Below are positions 10,259 through 21,660 of a DNA stretch of 64,000 nucleotides, one piece after another (position 1 is the stretch's first letter; every line of letters begins with the position of its first letter). Source of the stretch: Desulfatiglandales bacterium (GTDB taxonomy: Bacteria; Desulfobacterota; DSM-4660; Desulfatiglandales; Desulfatiglandaceae); contig OY762721.1 in NCBI GenBank assembly GCA_963666345.1, positions 3,072,001 to 3,136,000 of the forward strand. Direction: 5' to 3'. Made by a program: the position numbers and the translations under genes. The notes beneath the pieces were generated by a model that saw nothing but the letters and a program-made list of their open reading frames with translations, did not search any database and was not told the DNA's origin.

Positions 10259-10888
10259 TGTTTGATTGCGCCTTGATCATGTGGTGGATTCGGAAAAGGA
10301 TGGATGCCGCCGGGTGAAAAGGAAAATCTACCGGACAATGCCCGCCTCTTTAATGAAAAGGCGGGCATATGTAGGGCAGGTTTAGTGCGCCGGGCTCGCA
10401 TTCCTGACGCACAATCAGAACAAGGAGGTAAGGTTTCTCTCAAGTTCATTGACCTTATCTAATGCATTTACCGTGCCGTTAGCGAGGTGTTTTAATTTTA
10501 CCAATAATTAATGCATGTTAGGCTTTGCAAGGAAATTCCGGTTTGTAATTTAATATGGAATATTAGAAAATCTTAGAGCTGTTTTTTGAAAAATTTCGAA
10601 ATGGCGAAGCCTTCCGCCTGTGATCTTTTCAAGACGGTGCCCGGAAATCAAGATCGTGAGTCATGATCGATTGCGCCTTGATCGGCAGGTGGATTTTGGT
10701 TTGCATATCTGTCTTGATAAGGTTGAACAATGCGGCTAATGTATTATAGTTAGAGTACATCCGGAAATACACCATTTCCGGATGTTGCTTTCAGCCGTCG
10801 GCTGTCAGCAAGGGGCCGACAAGATGATATTCCGAATGTTTTGCTGACTGCTGAGAGCTGATTGCCGATAGCGTGAGTCCATGAATTT

Positions 10889-11206
10889 GGTTCTTCTCCA
10901 ACTTGGTTGGCGAAGAGGGTCCAGGGACCCAAGGAGTCAAGGGTTTATTTTCTAAAGGCTTTATCAGCATTTTTAACAATTTATTGATCTCTGTCTGCCT
11001 TATGTTATTTGAGAATTTTTAATTTATTCTATATATCTGAAAAGCGTTCGTAGGATTTCCACAAAAGCTTTAAATCTTTGTAATGCTTTAGGGGGTTTAT
11101 CCGCCGTTTCAATGGAGCACTTGAATCCTACGAGCTCTCAGCCGCTTAAACAAGAAGGATTTCTTTATTTAGCCCTTTTTAACACCAACTGATCGGGAGA
11201 TGACCC
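10889..11206 (-). mobile_element. ISL3-like non-autonomous element (non-coding cargo), nested in another repeat
   Basis: Ends GGTTCTTCTCC / GGGAGATGACCC; perfect 8-bp TSD ATGAATTT (10881-10888, 11207-11214). Confidence 0.8.
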
Positions 11207-11287
11207 ATGAATTTTAATTTATGGACAAGCATTAGTCACACTGTCAAACAGACCGGTTTTTTTTACTGAAAAGGGGAGATCACGGAT

Positions 11288-12184
11288 ATGGAATGCGCCA
11301 CCTGCGACGATGGAATGCATTATGAAGGAAACTGCATAAGGCCGCCGAGTGAGGCCATGAGCATCCTGATTCAGGTAACTCTCGGCTGTTCCCATAACAA
11401 GTGCACCTTCTGCGGCACCTACAAGGACAAACGTTTCACCATAAAGGATGATCGCATAATAATGAGCGATATCCTTTTCGCCTCAAAATACATGAAAAGA
11501 CAGGACAGGGTATTCCTTATGGATGGTGATGCCCTGATAATACCGCAGAAAAGGCTGGTGTGGATACTGGAGAAAATAAGGGAGCATCTGCCCTGGGTAA
11601 AAAGGGTGGGGGCTTACGCGAATGCAAAGAGCATAAGGATGAAAAGCCTTGAAGAGCTTAATGAGTTAAAGGATCTGGGCCTCGGTATCCTTTACCTGGG
11701 GGTGGAAAGCGGAGACCCTGACACCCTTAAGGCAATATGCAAGGGCACCGGTGCCCAGAATCTCATAGACATGGGCAGAAAGGTTAAGCAGGCGGGAATG
11801 AAACTTTCCGTTACAGTGCTTCTGGGCATTGCAGGCAGGCAGCGTTCCCTTGAGCACGCCAGGGCCACCGGCGCCCTGCTGAGCCGTATGGACCCTGATT
11901 ACATAGGGGCACTGACCGTTATGCTGATACCGGGAACCCCTCTTTACGCGGATTTTAAAAGGGGAGCTTTTGAGCTTCCCACGGAAACGGAGCTGCTTCT
12001 GGAACTGAGAGAGATGATCGCCCACACAGATCTGACAAGGGGCCTGTTTTTTTCAAACCACGCCTCAAACTATCTTCCCGTGCGTGCCAGGCTGCCCAGA
12101 GGGAAACAGGACGCCCTTGATCTGATCGACAGGGCCTTGAAAGGGGAGGTGGGGCTGAAGCCTGAGTGGATGCGCGCCCTTTAG
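11288..12184 (+). CDS. Radical SAM protein
   Basis: CSHNKCTFC CxxxCxxC, LYLGVESG, SNHASNY. Confidence 0.9.
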   Translation: MECATCDDGMHYEGNCIRPPSEAMSILIQVTLGCSHNKCTFCGTYKDKRFTIKDDRIIMSDILFASKYMKRQDRVFLMDGDALIIPQKRLVWILEKIREHLPWVKRVGAYANAKSIRMKSLEELNELKDLGLGILYLGVESGDPDTLKAICKGTGAQNLIDMGRKVKQAGMKLSVTVLLGIAGRQRSLEHARATGALLSRMDPDYIGALTVMLIPGTPLYADFKRGAFELPTETELLLELREMIAHTDLTRGLFFSNHASNYLPVRARLPRGKQDALDLIDRALKGEVGLKPEWMRAL

Positions 12185-12192
12185 GCCTTCTA

Positions 12193-12615
12193 TTACTTCC
12201 AGGCCCTTTCAAGGAGCGCGAATATGTCGCCCGGTATTTCAACCGCCCGGAAGCGCTGCGGGTCCGAGACATCCATGCATACCCTTTGCTCAAAGCCTTC
12301 CAGAAGTCTCAGGCCGCCTGCCGACTCAACGATTTCGTGCCTCAAAAGGATCCCCTTTTTTTCAAGTTTGTCGATCGAGGTGGTTATCCGGATCTCCTGG
12401 TGGTATTTCCCGGGCCTGAAATAACGGCATGAGGTTTCAGCCAGGCCGAACAGGATGTTCCTTTCCTTCCATAGATCTCCCATGGTGAGGTGAATGGATT
12501 CAAAAAAAAGATGGCCGCATGCGTCTATCCACTCATAGTAGCGGGGGTAGAAGACAATGCCGAGAGAGTCGAGATCTCCCCACATGATCCTTTTTTCAAC
12601 TGTGTTTGATTTCAT
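12193..12615 (-). CDS. Acyl-CoA thioesterase (4HBT/YbgC hotdog family)
   Basis: WGDLDSLGIVFYPRY motif. Confidence 0.9.
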   Translation of the reverse strand: MKSNTVEKRIMWGDLDSLGIVFYPRYYEWIDACGHLFFESIHLTMGDLWKERNILFGLAETSCRYFRPGKYHQEIRITTSIDKLEKKGILLRHEIVESAGGLRLLEGFEQRVCMDVSDPQRFRAVEIPGDIFALLERAWK

Positions 12616-12660
12616 TTATAAGGCCCTTTTTAAGCGATTGCCGGCAAGGCCGCCTCTTTT

Positions 12661-13380
12661 TCAGATGATCCTTTCCGGATGGCTGTAGCAGTTAAACCCG
12701 GCATCCCTGCAAAATCCGACGGTTGTTATCCCTGATTTTTCCCCCAGGGCAGCACCCCCCGAGGTAGCGGCTGATATGGATGCGACAATCGGTATCCCGG
12801 CAGTCACTGCCTTGGCGACCATATCCTCTGCCAGGCGACCCGAAACGGCAAGCCAGCAGCCGGACAGATCAATGCCGTTTAACAAGGCAGCGCCAATGCA
12901 TTTGTCCACTGAATTGTGCCTGGCAATGTCTTCGGACAGGCAGAGGGCCTTTCCTGATATGGAAAAGATTACAGCCGAATGGGTGCACCCGGATGTCTTA
13001 AATACCGGCATGTCTGCCAGCACCTTTATCCCCTCCAGTATGACCCCCGGTGCTATAAAGGGGCCTTCACCGCCATGGACGGCCTTTTTACCGGCATCTA
13101 ACAAATCTTCCGGGGCCGGATGGAACCTTTTGACTGAAACCAGTCCCTTGTCCATCTCAATGGTTTCAAGATCAGCCGGGCCTCTTATGAGACCCCTGGA
13201 AAAGAGCAGGCCTACGGTGAATTCCTTTATCTGGGCAGGGGATAAAACCGCCCTGCAGTAGGCATGTCCGTCCACCCGGATCGACAGGGCGTATTCAAGG
13301 GCGATCCTGTCTTGCCTTTCCTCCACCACGCCGGATGAGGAGAAGCGTTTAATGGGACACTCAATGGTCAATCCGCTCAT
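12661..13380 (-). CDS. fdhD: Formate dehydrogenase accessory sulfurtransferase
   Basis: SGCTHSA, EDIARHNSVDK, SGRL..MVAK, YSHPERI. Confidence 0.9.
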   Translation of the reverse strand: MSGLTIECPIKRFSSSGVVEERQDRIALEYALSIRVDGHAYCRAVLSPAQIKEFTVGLLFSRGLIRGPADLETIEMDKGLVSVKRFHPAPEDLLDAGKKAVHGGEGPFIAPGVILEGIKVLADMPVFKTSGCTHSAVIFSISGKALCLSEDIARHNSVDKCIGAALLNGIDLSGCWLAVSGRLAEDMVAKAVTAGIPIVASISAATSGGAALGEKSGITTVGFCRDAGFNCYSHPERII

Positions 13381-13404
13381 AGGATGCTCCCCTGCTGCAC
13401 GGTT

Positions 13405-14379
13405 TCAGTCAAATATCGCCTGAACGAACCGCGCCGGATCAAAGGGCCTGAGATCTTCGACTCCTTCCCCGATTCCTATGTATTTTATGGGGATACCGAG
13501 TTGATGTGAAATGCCGACTACTATCCCTCCCTTTGCGGTTCCGTCAAGCTTGGTGAGAATTATGCCTGTGACTCCGATCGAGTTGTTGAACGTCTCTGCC
13601 TGTGAAATCGCGTTCTGGCCGGTAGTGGCGTCAAGCACGAGCCATATCTCGTGAGGCGCGCCCGGTATCTTCTTTGAAATCGTCCTCTGTATCTTCTGCA
13701 GCTCCTCCATCAGGTTGGTCCTGGTGTGGAGCCTTCCGGCCGTATCTATCAAGACCGTGTCCGTTTTTCTCGCAAGGGCGGCCGAAAGGCCGTCAAATAC
13801 CACGGCCGAAGGATCGGCGCCCGTGTCCTGCCTTATGACCTCAGCCCCGCTCCTTTCCCCCCAGATGCACAGCTGCTCGACCGCCGCGGCCCGGAATGTG
13901 TCGGCTGCAACCAGTATCACCTTTTGCCCGTCGGATATCATGCGCTTTGCCGACTTGCCTATGGTGGTTGTTTTTCCGACTCCGTTTACACCGATCACCA
14001 TTATTACCCTGGGTTCCCCTTGTAAAGGCTCGCATTGCTCCTGAGGATCAAGATGAAGGAATGAGACCATCTGCTCCCTGAGAGCCTTTTTCAGGGCCTC
14101 AGGGTCCTTGAGTTCCCTTCTGGCGATCTTTTCCTGAACCGTATCGATCAGTTTCTGAGTGGTAATGACTCCGATATCAGAGGTGAAAAGGATCTCTTCG
14201 ATGTCTTCGAGCAGGTCTTCTGTTATCTCCTTTTTACCGAGAAAAAGCCGGTCGAGCCTTCCGGCGATATTTTTCTTTGTCTTGAAAAGTCCTTCCTGCA
14301 GGGTTTTGAAAAGTCCCTTGCCGTTTTTATCCTGGCTCTCGGGTGTGTCTTTGTCTTTTTTTCTGAACAGCTTTATCAT
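13405..14379 (-). CDS. ftsY: Signal recognition particle receptor
   Basis: [34 protein letters not shown]. Confidence 0.97.
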   Translation of the reverse strand: MIKLFRKKDKDTPESQDKNGKGLFKTLQEGLFKTKKNIAGRLDRLFLGKKEITEDLLEDIEEILFTSDIGVITTQKLIDTVQEKIARRELKDPEALKKALREQMVSFLHLDPQEQCEPLQGEPRVIMVIGVNGVGKTTTIGKSAKRMISDGQKVILVAADTFRAAAVEQLCIWGERSGAEVIRQDTGADPSAVVFDGLSAALARKTDTVLIDTAGRLHTRTNLMEELQKIQRTISKKIPGAPHEIWLVLDATTGQNAISQAETFNNSIGVTGIILTKLDGTAKGGIVVGISHQLGIPIKYIGIGEGVEDLRPFDPARFVQAIFD

Positions 14380-15004
14380 TCCGTCCCTTTTTCTCCATGT
14401 TGAATTAGATAGTGCTGATCCGCAAACCCCCGCTTTTTTGCCGGTTCAGGGGAATCGGATGAAAATCAAGCCTTTAAAGGCGTAAAAATGCGTACCATGA
14501 AAAGACTCATTAGTCCAGTATCCTTTGTTCATGAACCGGGAACCGGCAATAGCTTGTAGAAATTGTGGGAGTAAGCAAATTGATATTATACAGGCAAAGC
14601 GGGCTGCCGGCCATTCGGAGGTATTGCGCCTCAGGACTCTTTTCTTCGACCTTCTCTATTTTTGACGGAGAAGTGACCGCATCCATGGGCTTCTGTAAGC
14701 TGCATCTAAACTGTTAGGGCAGCCTGGAGGGAAGCCCTGTATGCGGCCACTGCGTATTCCTGTGGTATTTTTTTGTGAGATAAGGCAGAAGAAAAGAGCC
14801 CAGAGGCGTTTGCTTGTGCACCTATACCCGTTGGTACAATAGAATGGGGAGGCTTGTGAATAAAGTGAACCGGGAACAGGCAATGAGCCTGTAAAGGTGT
14901 GGGAGTGAGTGAAGTGAAGGGAATGTGCCGCAGGCACCGGAGGTTCCGAGCGGTCAAACAATCAATAAAAAAACCGGTGCAGCCGAAAAGGTTATTTCCT
15001 GTTT

Positions 15005-16501
15005 TTAAGCCCGCATCCGTGCTGCTGCGGCCTTTTTTCGATCCATGATAAGGGGGACAGCTATTGTAAGGGCCGTCAACACGATCAGTGCCACGCATAG
15101 GGGACGGGTGAAAAGAATCCCCAGATTACCGTCGCCGAGGCTCATGGTCTCACGGAGCCGGTTCTCCATGATTTCACCCAGCACCACTCCCATTACCAGA
15201 TTCACCACAGGCCACTTGAGCCGGAGCAGGATGTATCCGAGCACCCCCATTACAATGGCCACTCCCGCGTCAAAGAGCCTTGTATTGACCGCGTATATGC
15301 CCACCACCGATATCACCATAATGGTCACGGCCAGGAGCCTGCTAGGGACCTTCACGATCATTGCAAATGGCCTGAGCCAGATTACAAGCATGACAAAGGC
15401 TGCGATATTTATGAGAAACATCGACCAGTAAAGGGAGTTTATCAGGACAGGTTCCTTTACAAGCAGCAGGGGGCCGGGGTAGATCCCGTTTATGGTAAAT
15501 ACTCCGAGTAATACCGCGCTTAAGGCATCCCCCGGGATTCCAAGGGTGAGAAGGGGGATCATGGCGCCCGCAGGCACGGCGTTGTTGCCGGCTTCAGAGG
15601 CGATGCAGCCCTCGGGGGTGCCTTTGCCGAAAAGATGCTTTTCCCTGGAAAGACGTTTTGCCGCGTCATAGGACATGAAAGAGGCAAGGATGGAGCCGGT
15701 TCCTGGAAGAAGGCCCACAAAGGTACCTATTACGCCTGAACGCAAAAGGGTCTTCCAGTAGCGAAGGGCTACCAGGAGTTTTGAAAAATCAAGGGTGCTG
15801 CGGCTCAGCTTCATCTCTTTTGATTGAAGTATTTCCCTCTCAACGAGAATAAGTGTCTGCCCTATACCGAACAGACCCAGGCATATGGGTACGATGTGCA
15901 ATCCGTTCTGCATAAAGAGGGTGCCGAAACAGAATCTTTCGCTCAATGTGGCTCCGTCTATTCCGACCGTGGAAAACCAGAAACCGAGGCCCAGAAGCAT
16001 GAGACCCTGGGCCAGTTTGTCCCTGAATGCCATCACCACAAGCACCACACCGAAAGTGGCAACCGCGAGGTACTCGGGAGGCCCGAAGCTTGCGGCAACA
16101 TGGGCAAGAATGGGGGCCAGAAAGACCAGGATTACAACACTTATTATGCCCCCGCCGAAGGAACCGAGCAGGGCCGCTGAAAGCGCGGTCTGGGCCTCTC
16201 CCCTCTGAGTGAGCGGATACCCGTCAAAGCTGGTAATCAGGGAAGAGGGAACCCCGGGTGTACGCATGAGCACGGCAGGAACGGCTCCTCCGAAATACCC
16301 CCCGCAGTAAACCCCCAGAAGAAGAGACATGGCCACCTCCGGGCTGAAGGCGAAGCTGAACGGCAGAAGTACAACCATGCCTACCATCGGGCCCAGGCCC
16401 GGAAGTATCCCAACCACAATGCCTACGAAGGTGCCGAAAACAAGCGCGACAAGATTACCTAAAGAAAAGGCCGAATAAAATCCCGCAATCAGATGTTCCA
16501 A
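15005..16501 (-). CDS. tctA: Tripartite tricarboxylate transporter large subunit
   Basis: GILPGLG, FDGYPL, EAGNNA..GAMIPLLTLGIPG. Confidence 0.92.
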   Translation of the reverse strand: MEHLIAGFYSAFSLGNLVALVFGTFVGIVVGILPGLGPMVGMVVLLPFSFAFSPEVAMSLLLGVYCGGYFGGAVPAVLMRTPGVPSSLITSFDGYPLTQRGEAQTALSAALLGSFGGGIISVVILVFLAPILAHVAASFGPPEYLAVATFGVVLVVMAFRDKLAQGLMLLGLGFWFSTVGIDGATLSERFCFGTLFMQNGLHIVPICLGLFGIGQTLILVEREILQSKEMKLSRSTLDFSKLLVALRYWKTLLRSGVIGTFVGLLPGTGSILASFMSYDAAKRLSREKHLFGKGTPEGCIASEAGNNAVPAGAMIPLLTLGIPGDALSAVLLGVFTINGIYPGPLLLVKEPVLINSLYWSMFLINIAAFVMLVIWLRPFAMIVKVPSRLLAVTIMVISVVGIYAVNTRLFDAGVAIVMGVLGYILLRLKWPVVNLVMGVVLGEIMENRLRETMSLGDGNLGILFTRPLCVALIVLTALTIAVPLIMDRKKAAAARMRA

Positions 16502-16507
16502 TATAGT

Positions 16508-17002
16508 CTACCCCATGAACAGTTCCCAGAGTATAGGCGTAGGGAACCAGACATCCAGAAAATACTTGAATACCCCGTATAGAATAGCGGTTACAACTGT
16601 GGGTATTCCGAAAAGCTTGCCGGGCGAACGCTGCTCTACCAGCCACAGCCCGGTGAAAAGAAAGGCCCAGGTGGAAATCTCCAGGCCTATATAGACAAGT
16701 CCCGCCAGATAAAGCACGAGAAGTCCGAGGATACGCAGGCCCTGAAGGGGCTTACCCTGACCGTCAAGGTCCCAGGATGCACCGGCCTGCGGACGCACCA
16801 TACGCCAGATCGAAGGCAGTGCCGCTCCCAGCATCAGGGAAAGAATCAGAAGTGGAAAGATCAGAGGGCCTTTGTAAAAGGGATCCGGGCCGGTGGTGTC
16901 GACGTTCCATTTTATGGTTATTAAAAGGCCTAGGGCAAACAGGCCCAGCACCGTTCCGAAAAGATCATGTATCCTGCTGGATGAATTATACTTATCCGTC
17001 AA
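16508..17002 (-). CDS. tctB: Tripartite tricarboxylate transporter small subunit
   Basis: 4-5 TM segments, GPLIFP motif, between tctC and tctA. Confidence 0.85.
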   Translation of the reverse strand: MTDKYNSSSRIHDLFGTVLGLFALGLLITIKWNVDTTGPDPFYKGPLIFPLLILSLMLGAALPSIWRMVRPQAGASWDLDGQGKPLQGLRILGLLVLYLAGLVYIGLEISTWAFLFTGLWLVEQRSPGKLFGIPTVVTAILYGVFKYFLDVWFPTPILWELFMG

Positions 17003-17062
17003 AATCGCTATTTCCTTTTGACCGGAGGGGGAAACCCCTCCGGTTTTATGGTTTCTACTTTA

Positions 17063-17543
17063 GGTCTTTCTCCCAACTAGTTGGGAGAAAGGGTCCAAGG
17101 ATTCAAGGATTCTAGGGTTTGCTTTCCAGGGATTTGATCAACGCTTTAAGCATTGTCTCGACATCCCCGATTTCCTCTCTTAATTCCTGAAGGCTCTCTT
17201 TTTTTAAATAACCTAAGTCACCTGATATCATGGCCTGGGTTTCCAGTTCACAGACTGAACCATATGCAATATAGAGAAATCTCACATACTCTATAGTCGT
17301 TTTCCTCCCATATCCTTCTGCAATATTCGATGGTATGGAAACAGCAGATCTTCTGATTTGGGAGGTCAAACCGTACCGCTCATCTTTTGGAAAACTTCTC
17401 GTTTCTTTATAGATATGTAAACAAAGCGCATACGATTTTTGCCAAACGTTTAACTCTCTATAATTTTTAAGCATTTCACTGGAACCCGCGAACCCTTGGC
17501 CCCTAGAATTTTTCTTTTGGATCAACTCTTTTGGAGATGATCC
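17063..17543 (-). mobile_element. ISL3-like non-autonomous element carrying intact four-helix-bundle gene
   Basis: Ends GGTCTTTCTCCC / GGAGATGATCC; perfect 8-bp TSD CTACTTTA (17055-17062, 17544-17551). Confidence 0.85.
17112..17474 (-). CDS. Four helix bundle protein (23S rRNA IVP / Avd-like family)
   Basis: YRELNVWQKS..FPKDERYGLTSQIRRSAVSIPSNIAEG..FLYIAYGSVCELETQ. Confidence 0.92.
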   Translation of the reverse strand: MLKNYRELNVWQKSYALCLHIYKETRSFPKDERYGLTSQIRRSAVSIPSNIAEGYGRKTTIEYVRFLYIAYGSVCELETQAMISGDLGYLKKESLQELREEIGDVETMLKALIKSLESKP

Positions 17544-18497
17544 CTACTTTATAATACCCAGTTCCTTCATGATCGCGCCGAAGTTGGCCAGCTCACTGTC
17601 CATCTGTTTGCGGGCCGCTTCCGGGCCTGTCGGGTGGGGGATAACTCCCACCTTTTTGATGACATCCTTTATATCATCCATTGCCATGACCTTGAAAAAG
17701 GTATCGCTGAGTTTCTTGGCTATATCATCAGGGGTTTCGGCCGGCACGAACGCACCGAACCAGATCGAGTAGGCGTCACCGAAGCCCTGTTCCGTAACGG
17801 TTTGCGCGTCCGGATAATTAGGGAGCCTGTCGGGAAGCATGCAGGCCAGGATCTTTATTTTTCCGGCTTCAATATAATCCTTCAGCGCGGGGGTGGAAAA
17901 GGTTATTACATCGGCATCACCCTTTACAACAAGCAGGGGGTTAAGTTTCTTATAGGCTGTTTCTTTCCATTTGAAGCCCCCGATCTTGGCCGCATTCATC
18001 GCGATAAGGGTTGGCACGGCCCCAAGTCCCCAGTGGGCGAGCTTCAATTCATGATCTTTTCCATATTCCGAGAGCTCTTTCAGGTTGCTGTAGGGGGCGT
18101 CCGCCCTGCAGGCCAGTGTGAAAGGGGAAGACCAGATAAGGCCCAGGGCCTTCAGGTCCTGATTTTTGTAGGGGGTCTTTCCCCTCAAGACCTGAGTGAT
18201 CATAGGGCCGATAGAGATAAGGCCCAGGGTATAGCCGTCCGGCCTGCTTTTGGCCAGTTCATTGGTCGCGAGGACCGCCCCTCCGCCCGGTTTGTTGACG
18301 ACCTTTACCGGCACACCCAGTTCCTTTGCCATATGCGGCGCCATGGCATTAGCCACCATGGTGGAAGGATCATTTCCCGCAGGCCATGGGATCATGATCT
18401 TTATCGGTTTTTTCGGCCAGTCCGCCGCTGCGGGACCTGCAAAGGACAGGCAGATAAAGGCTGCAAATACTGCTAAAGCTAACACACGTCTGGACAT
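17544..18497 (-). CDS. tctC: Tripartite tricarboxylate transporter substrate-binding protein
   Basis: Signal peptide, WPKKPIKIMIPWPAG, VVNKPGGG, PDGYTL. Confidence 0.92.
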   Translation of the reverse strand: MSRRVLALAVFAAFICLSFAGPAAADWPKKPIKIMIPWPAGNDPSTMVANAMAPHMAKELGVPVKVVNKPGGGAVLATNELAKSRPDGYTLGLISIGPMITQVLRGKTPYKNQDLKALGLIWSSPFTLACRADAPYSNLKELSEYGKDHELKLAHWGLGAVPTLIAMNAAKIGGFKWKETAYKKLNPLLVVKGDADVITFSTPALKDYIEAGKIKILACMLPDRLPNYPDAQTVTEQGFGDAYSIWFGAFVPAETPDDIAKKLSDTFFKVMAMDDIKDVIKKVGVIPHPTGPEAARKQMDSELANFGAIMKELGIIK

Positions 18498-18723
18498 AAA
18501 TTCCTCCTTTAAAATTGAGTTAAGCTGATTTGGTTATAACGCTTTCAATTTATTTCACAGTCATTTTATTATATTTAAAGGGGTCATACAATCAAAATTA
18601 AGAATTCCAAGGCAGTAAATTGTCAATAGGCGTTGAAAATTGACCCATCATCGGCGTCCAAAATTGACCCACCCCTGAGAAAAAAATATGGTTAAATAGT
18701 TGAGTAGTTGATCCCTTCTTTAT

Positions 18724-19455
18724 CTATGAAGCTGCGTGTTTCATTCTCCAGCTTTCGTTACCTGTTTCTATAATTTCACAATGATGAGTCAACCGATCAA
18801 GCATGGCCGTAGTCATTTTTTTATCTCCAAAGACTTGGGGCCATTCACCGAAGGTCAAGTTGGTGGTGATTACTATGGATGTCTGTTCGTAGAGTTTTGA
18901 TATAAGATGAAAGAGCAGTTGACTGCCGTTTTTGGAAAAAGGCAGATAACCCAGTTCATCGAGGACCACAAGATCAAATCGAAGTAGTCTTGCTGTGATT
19001 TTGCCGGCCAATCCAATCATTTTCTCCTGCTCAAGCTCATTTGCCAGATCCACCAGGTTATAAAACTTGCACTTCCTGCCATTCCTTATGGCCTGGGCCG
19101 CTATAGTTATGGCTAAATGGGTTTTGCCCGTACCGGTGCCACCTACAAAAATCAGGTTGATATGTTCGGCTATAAAATCACCCTGATAAATAGACCTAAT
19201 CTGGGCTTCATCAACACAGGCCCCGTTAAAATCAAAGCCATCGATATCTTTAAGGACAGGAAACCTGGCCTGTCCCATACGATATCGGATACTCCTTATA
19301 TATCTTTCGGCAGCTTCAGCCTTGAGCAGTTCCAGGATTACCTTTTCAGGCGTTGAATGGCTCTTGCGTCCATTGGAGACAACTTCATCATAAATGGACT
19401 GCATACCCCGCAACTTTAGTTTTTCCATCTGGTCCATGATATCATTGCGCAGCAT
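18724..19455 (-). CDS. istB: IS21 helper ATPase
   Basis: [27 protein letters not shown]. Confidence 0.95.
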   Translation of the reverse strand: MLRNDIMDQMEKLKLRGMQSIYDEVVSNGRKSHSTPEKVILELLKAEAAERYIRSIRYRMGQARFPVLKDIDGFDFNGACVDEAQIRSIYQGDFIAEHINLIFVGGTGTGKTHLAITIAAQAIRNGRKCKFYNLVDLANELEQEKMIGLAGKITARLLRFDLVVLDELGYLPFSKNGSQLLFHLISKLYEQTSIVITTNLTFGEWPQVFGDKKMTTAMLDRLTHHCEIIETGNESWRMKHAAS

Positions 19456-20959
19456 GGTATCCCTCCCTTACCAAACGTTCATAGCGGCGGCAGTCTGCTA
19501 TGGGCTCTTGCTTGAGAATCAGATGGGAGGGGATACCCAAATCAGGCGTGCAATCCTGATCCTGATCCCTGTTTAAAAGATTGAGAACCACCTCTTTACT
19601 TACGGCCCTTATCTTTAGGGCCTCCTTACAGGCTTTACTTACAGCCTCAAGTCCGTAGAAAGGAACAGCATTTAGAATGGCCACAAACTGACGGTCCCAG
19701 TCGGAAAAACGGTTTTGAAGCCCATTTAGGACGCCTTCGACAGGATCGGGAAGTTGCCAGTCTTTAAAGGGGGCTCCATTACGGAGAGCCCCGGGCTTAC
19801 GTTCAAGGACCGGGACATAATGCCAGGGATTAAAAATAGTCTTGTTCTTTCCAAAATGCCTATCATGCTCTCCTACGATACAACCGTTATTTACTATCAC
19901 TATCCGATCGGCATATACTCTCATATAGACCGCTTTACCCACCTGGCTGCAATTAACGCTGTATCGGTTCCGGTCATAGGTTACAAGTGAGCTGGGGGTA
20001 ACCCTGGCTGGACGTTGTGCATATCCATCAAAGAGAGGTGGTAGATTTATCAGATAGGGTCTCTCTTCACTGTAGACCTGCCAAACCGTCTTATCAGATA
20101 TTGTTGGATGCTTACGGGTCTTTGCCCAGGTGATGCATTGTTCTCTAAGCAGCTCGTTTAGGTGTGTGAAATCCCTGGCCTTGATTCGGGGAGTGAAAAA
20201 TCTCCTTCTGACCACACCTACCTGGTTTTCCACCTGACCCTTTTCCCAACCTGCAGCAGGGGTGCAGCTTACCGGTTCAAATAAATAATGGGAACACAGT
20301 TGGCTGAAGCGGCTGTTGAACTGTCTTTCCCTTCCTCCCAGGATCTTGTTAACCACTGTTTTGAGATTGTCATAGATGCCTTTACGGCAAACTCCCCCAA
20401 AAAACTCAAAGGCCCTGATATGGGCATCAAACACCATCTCCTGGGTTTCTCTGGGGTAGGCAATACAAAGGAAGTAGCGGCTGTGACATAACCTTATATG
20501 TGCAACCTTTGCCTTTACTCTGCTTCCGTCCAGATCTACCCACTCATGACTCCAGTCAAACTGAAAGGCTTCTGCAGGATCAAATACCAAAGGTATAAAT
20601 ACCTCCTTTGGCAAGCTCCTTTGATCCTGGCGCCATCTTTGAACATATCTCCGTACGCTGTCATAGCCACCTTCGTAGCCGTTGAGTTGCAGCTCTTCAA
20701 AAAGTATCTGGGCTGTCCTGCGCAGTTTTTTGGGCAGTTTCTCGTCTTCTTCCAGAAAGCCTTTCAGCATGTCTATAAACGGCCCCAGCTTGGGTCTTGG
20801 CTGGTTGCTTCGTTCGTACTGAAAAGATGTTTCTCCGCTCCTTATCGCCTTTTTTACTGTATTTTTGCTAAGGCGCAGATCCTTCGCTGTCTGACGTATG
20901 GATTTGCCATCTCTGAGAACAGCTAATCGTATCTTACGGATTGTTTCCACTGTGAGCAT
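19442..20959 (-). CDS. istA: IS21 transposase
   Basis: HTH N-terminus, [18 protein letters not shown]. Confidence 0.95.
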   Translation of the reverse strand: MLTVETIRKIRLAVLRDGKSIRQTAKDLRLSKNTVKKAIRSGETSFQYERSNQPRPKLGPFIDMLKGFLEEDEKLPKKLRRTAQILFEELQLNGYEGGYDSVRRYVQRWRQDQRSLPKEVFIPLVFDPAEAFQFDWSHEWVDLDGSRVKAKVAHIRLCHSRYFLCIAYPRETQEMVFDAHIRAFEFFGGVCRKGIYDNLKTVVNKILGGRERQFNSRFSQLCSHYLFEPVSCTPAAGWEKGQVENQVGVVRRRFFTPRIKARDFTHLNELLREQCITWAKTRKHPTISDKTVWQVYSEERPYLINLPPLFDGYAQRPARVTPSSLVTYDRNRYSVNCSQVGKAVYMRVYADRIVIVNNGCIVGEHDRHFGKNKTIFNPWHYVPVLERKPGALRNGAPFKDWQLPDPVEGVLNGLQNRFSDWDRQFVAILNAVPFYGLEAVSKACKEALKIRAVSKEVVLNLLNRDQDQDCTPDLGIPSHLILKQEPIADCRRYERLVREGYHAAQ

Positions 20960-21660
20960 CCCTTTCCGCCTCCTTCTACCATAGTCACAGCAGAATAGAA
21001 GGCTTTCAGGGGTGGGTCAATTTTGGACGCCGATTCGCCCTATAGGTGGGTCATTTTTGCATGCCGATTCACACAGTAAATAATATCCATTACCATTTCT
21101 CTGTCAACCATTTTAGCAGAAAACCCCTTTTATTGCCTCCGTTAAGGATTCGTTTCCTTGTCTGCAGGCGTAAGGGTCTTTAAGCGGAGCCCGGGGGATA
21201 CCTTTTCCCTCTGGCCTAAGAGGCATAACCGGTGAAGCATTATTGCAGATTCACCTGTTTCAGCATCTTACAATTAAACTGTTCAAGATTCATATCATTT
21301 ATTGAAGAAGAACGCATGGCCCAGGATACTGCCTGTCCGCACCGGGCATGTCACCATCCTGTACTGATAAGCAAAGTACGTACCATCAGGTTCGCCAGAT
21401 TTATTGATTCGCTATGCTTCGAAAATACAGCCTGTTAGGCTGCTATCCTCCCCATGATGTAATTGGGGTAACCGTTTGCACGTGTCAGTTTTTTTAACAT
21501 GATGAAAAAAAATGATAAGGCCTGAAGCACGGGGAGATAAAAGTCTCTTCTCCCCGTGATGAATTGTCTGCTCCGGGCATGTCTTTTTTTAACGATTGGG
21601 CAAAATTCAATCCCCGGACATTGCCCATAAAACCGGTTTCTCCTTTTCAAGCCTGTTTGA

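Larger units (their letters stand above)
18621..21073 (-). mobile_element. Complete IS21-family element
   Basis: TGT...ACA termini with repeated TGACCCA boxes; 8-bp TSD CAGTAAAT (18613-18620, 21074-21081); istA-istB. Confidence 0.95.

Noticed and set aside
14400..15000. Possible structured RNA (SRP, 6S, RNase P) upstream of ftsY
   Set aside because: No diagnostic motifs recognised by eye; needs an Infernal search.
17112..17474. Avd-like gene as part of a diversity-generating retroelement
   Set aside because: No reverse transcriptase nearby and no TR/VR pair differing at adenines; the 4.5 kb copy is a decayed duplicate.
21110..21660. Riboswitch upstream of tctC or at 55510-55730
   Set aside because: No recognisable aptamer consensus.
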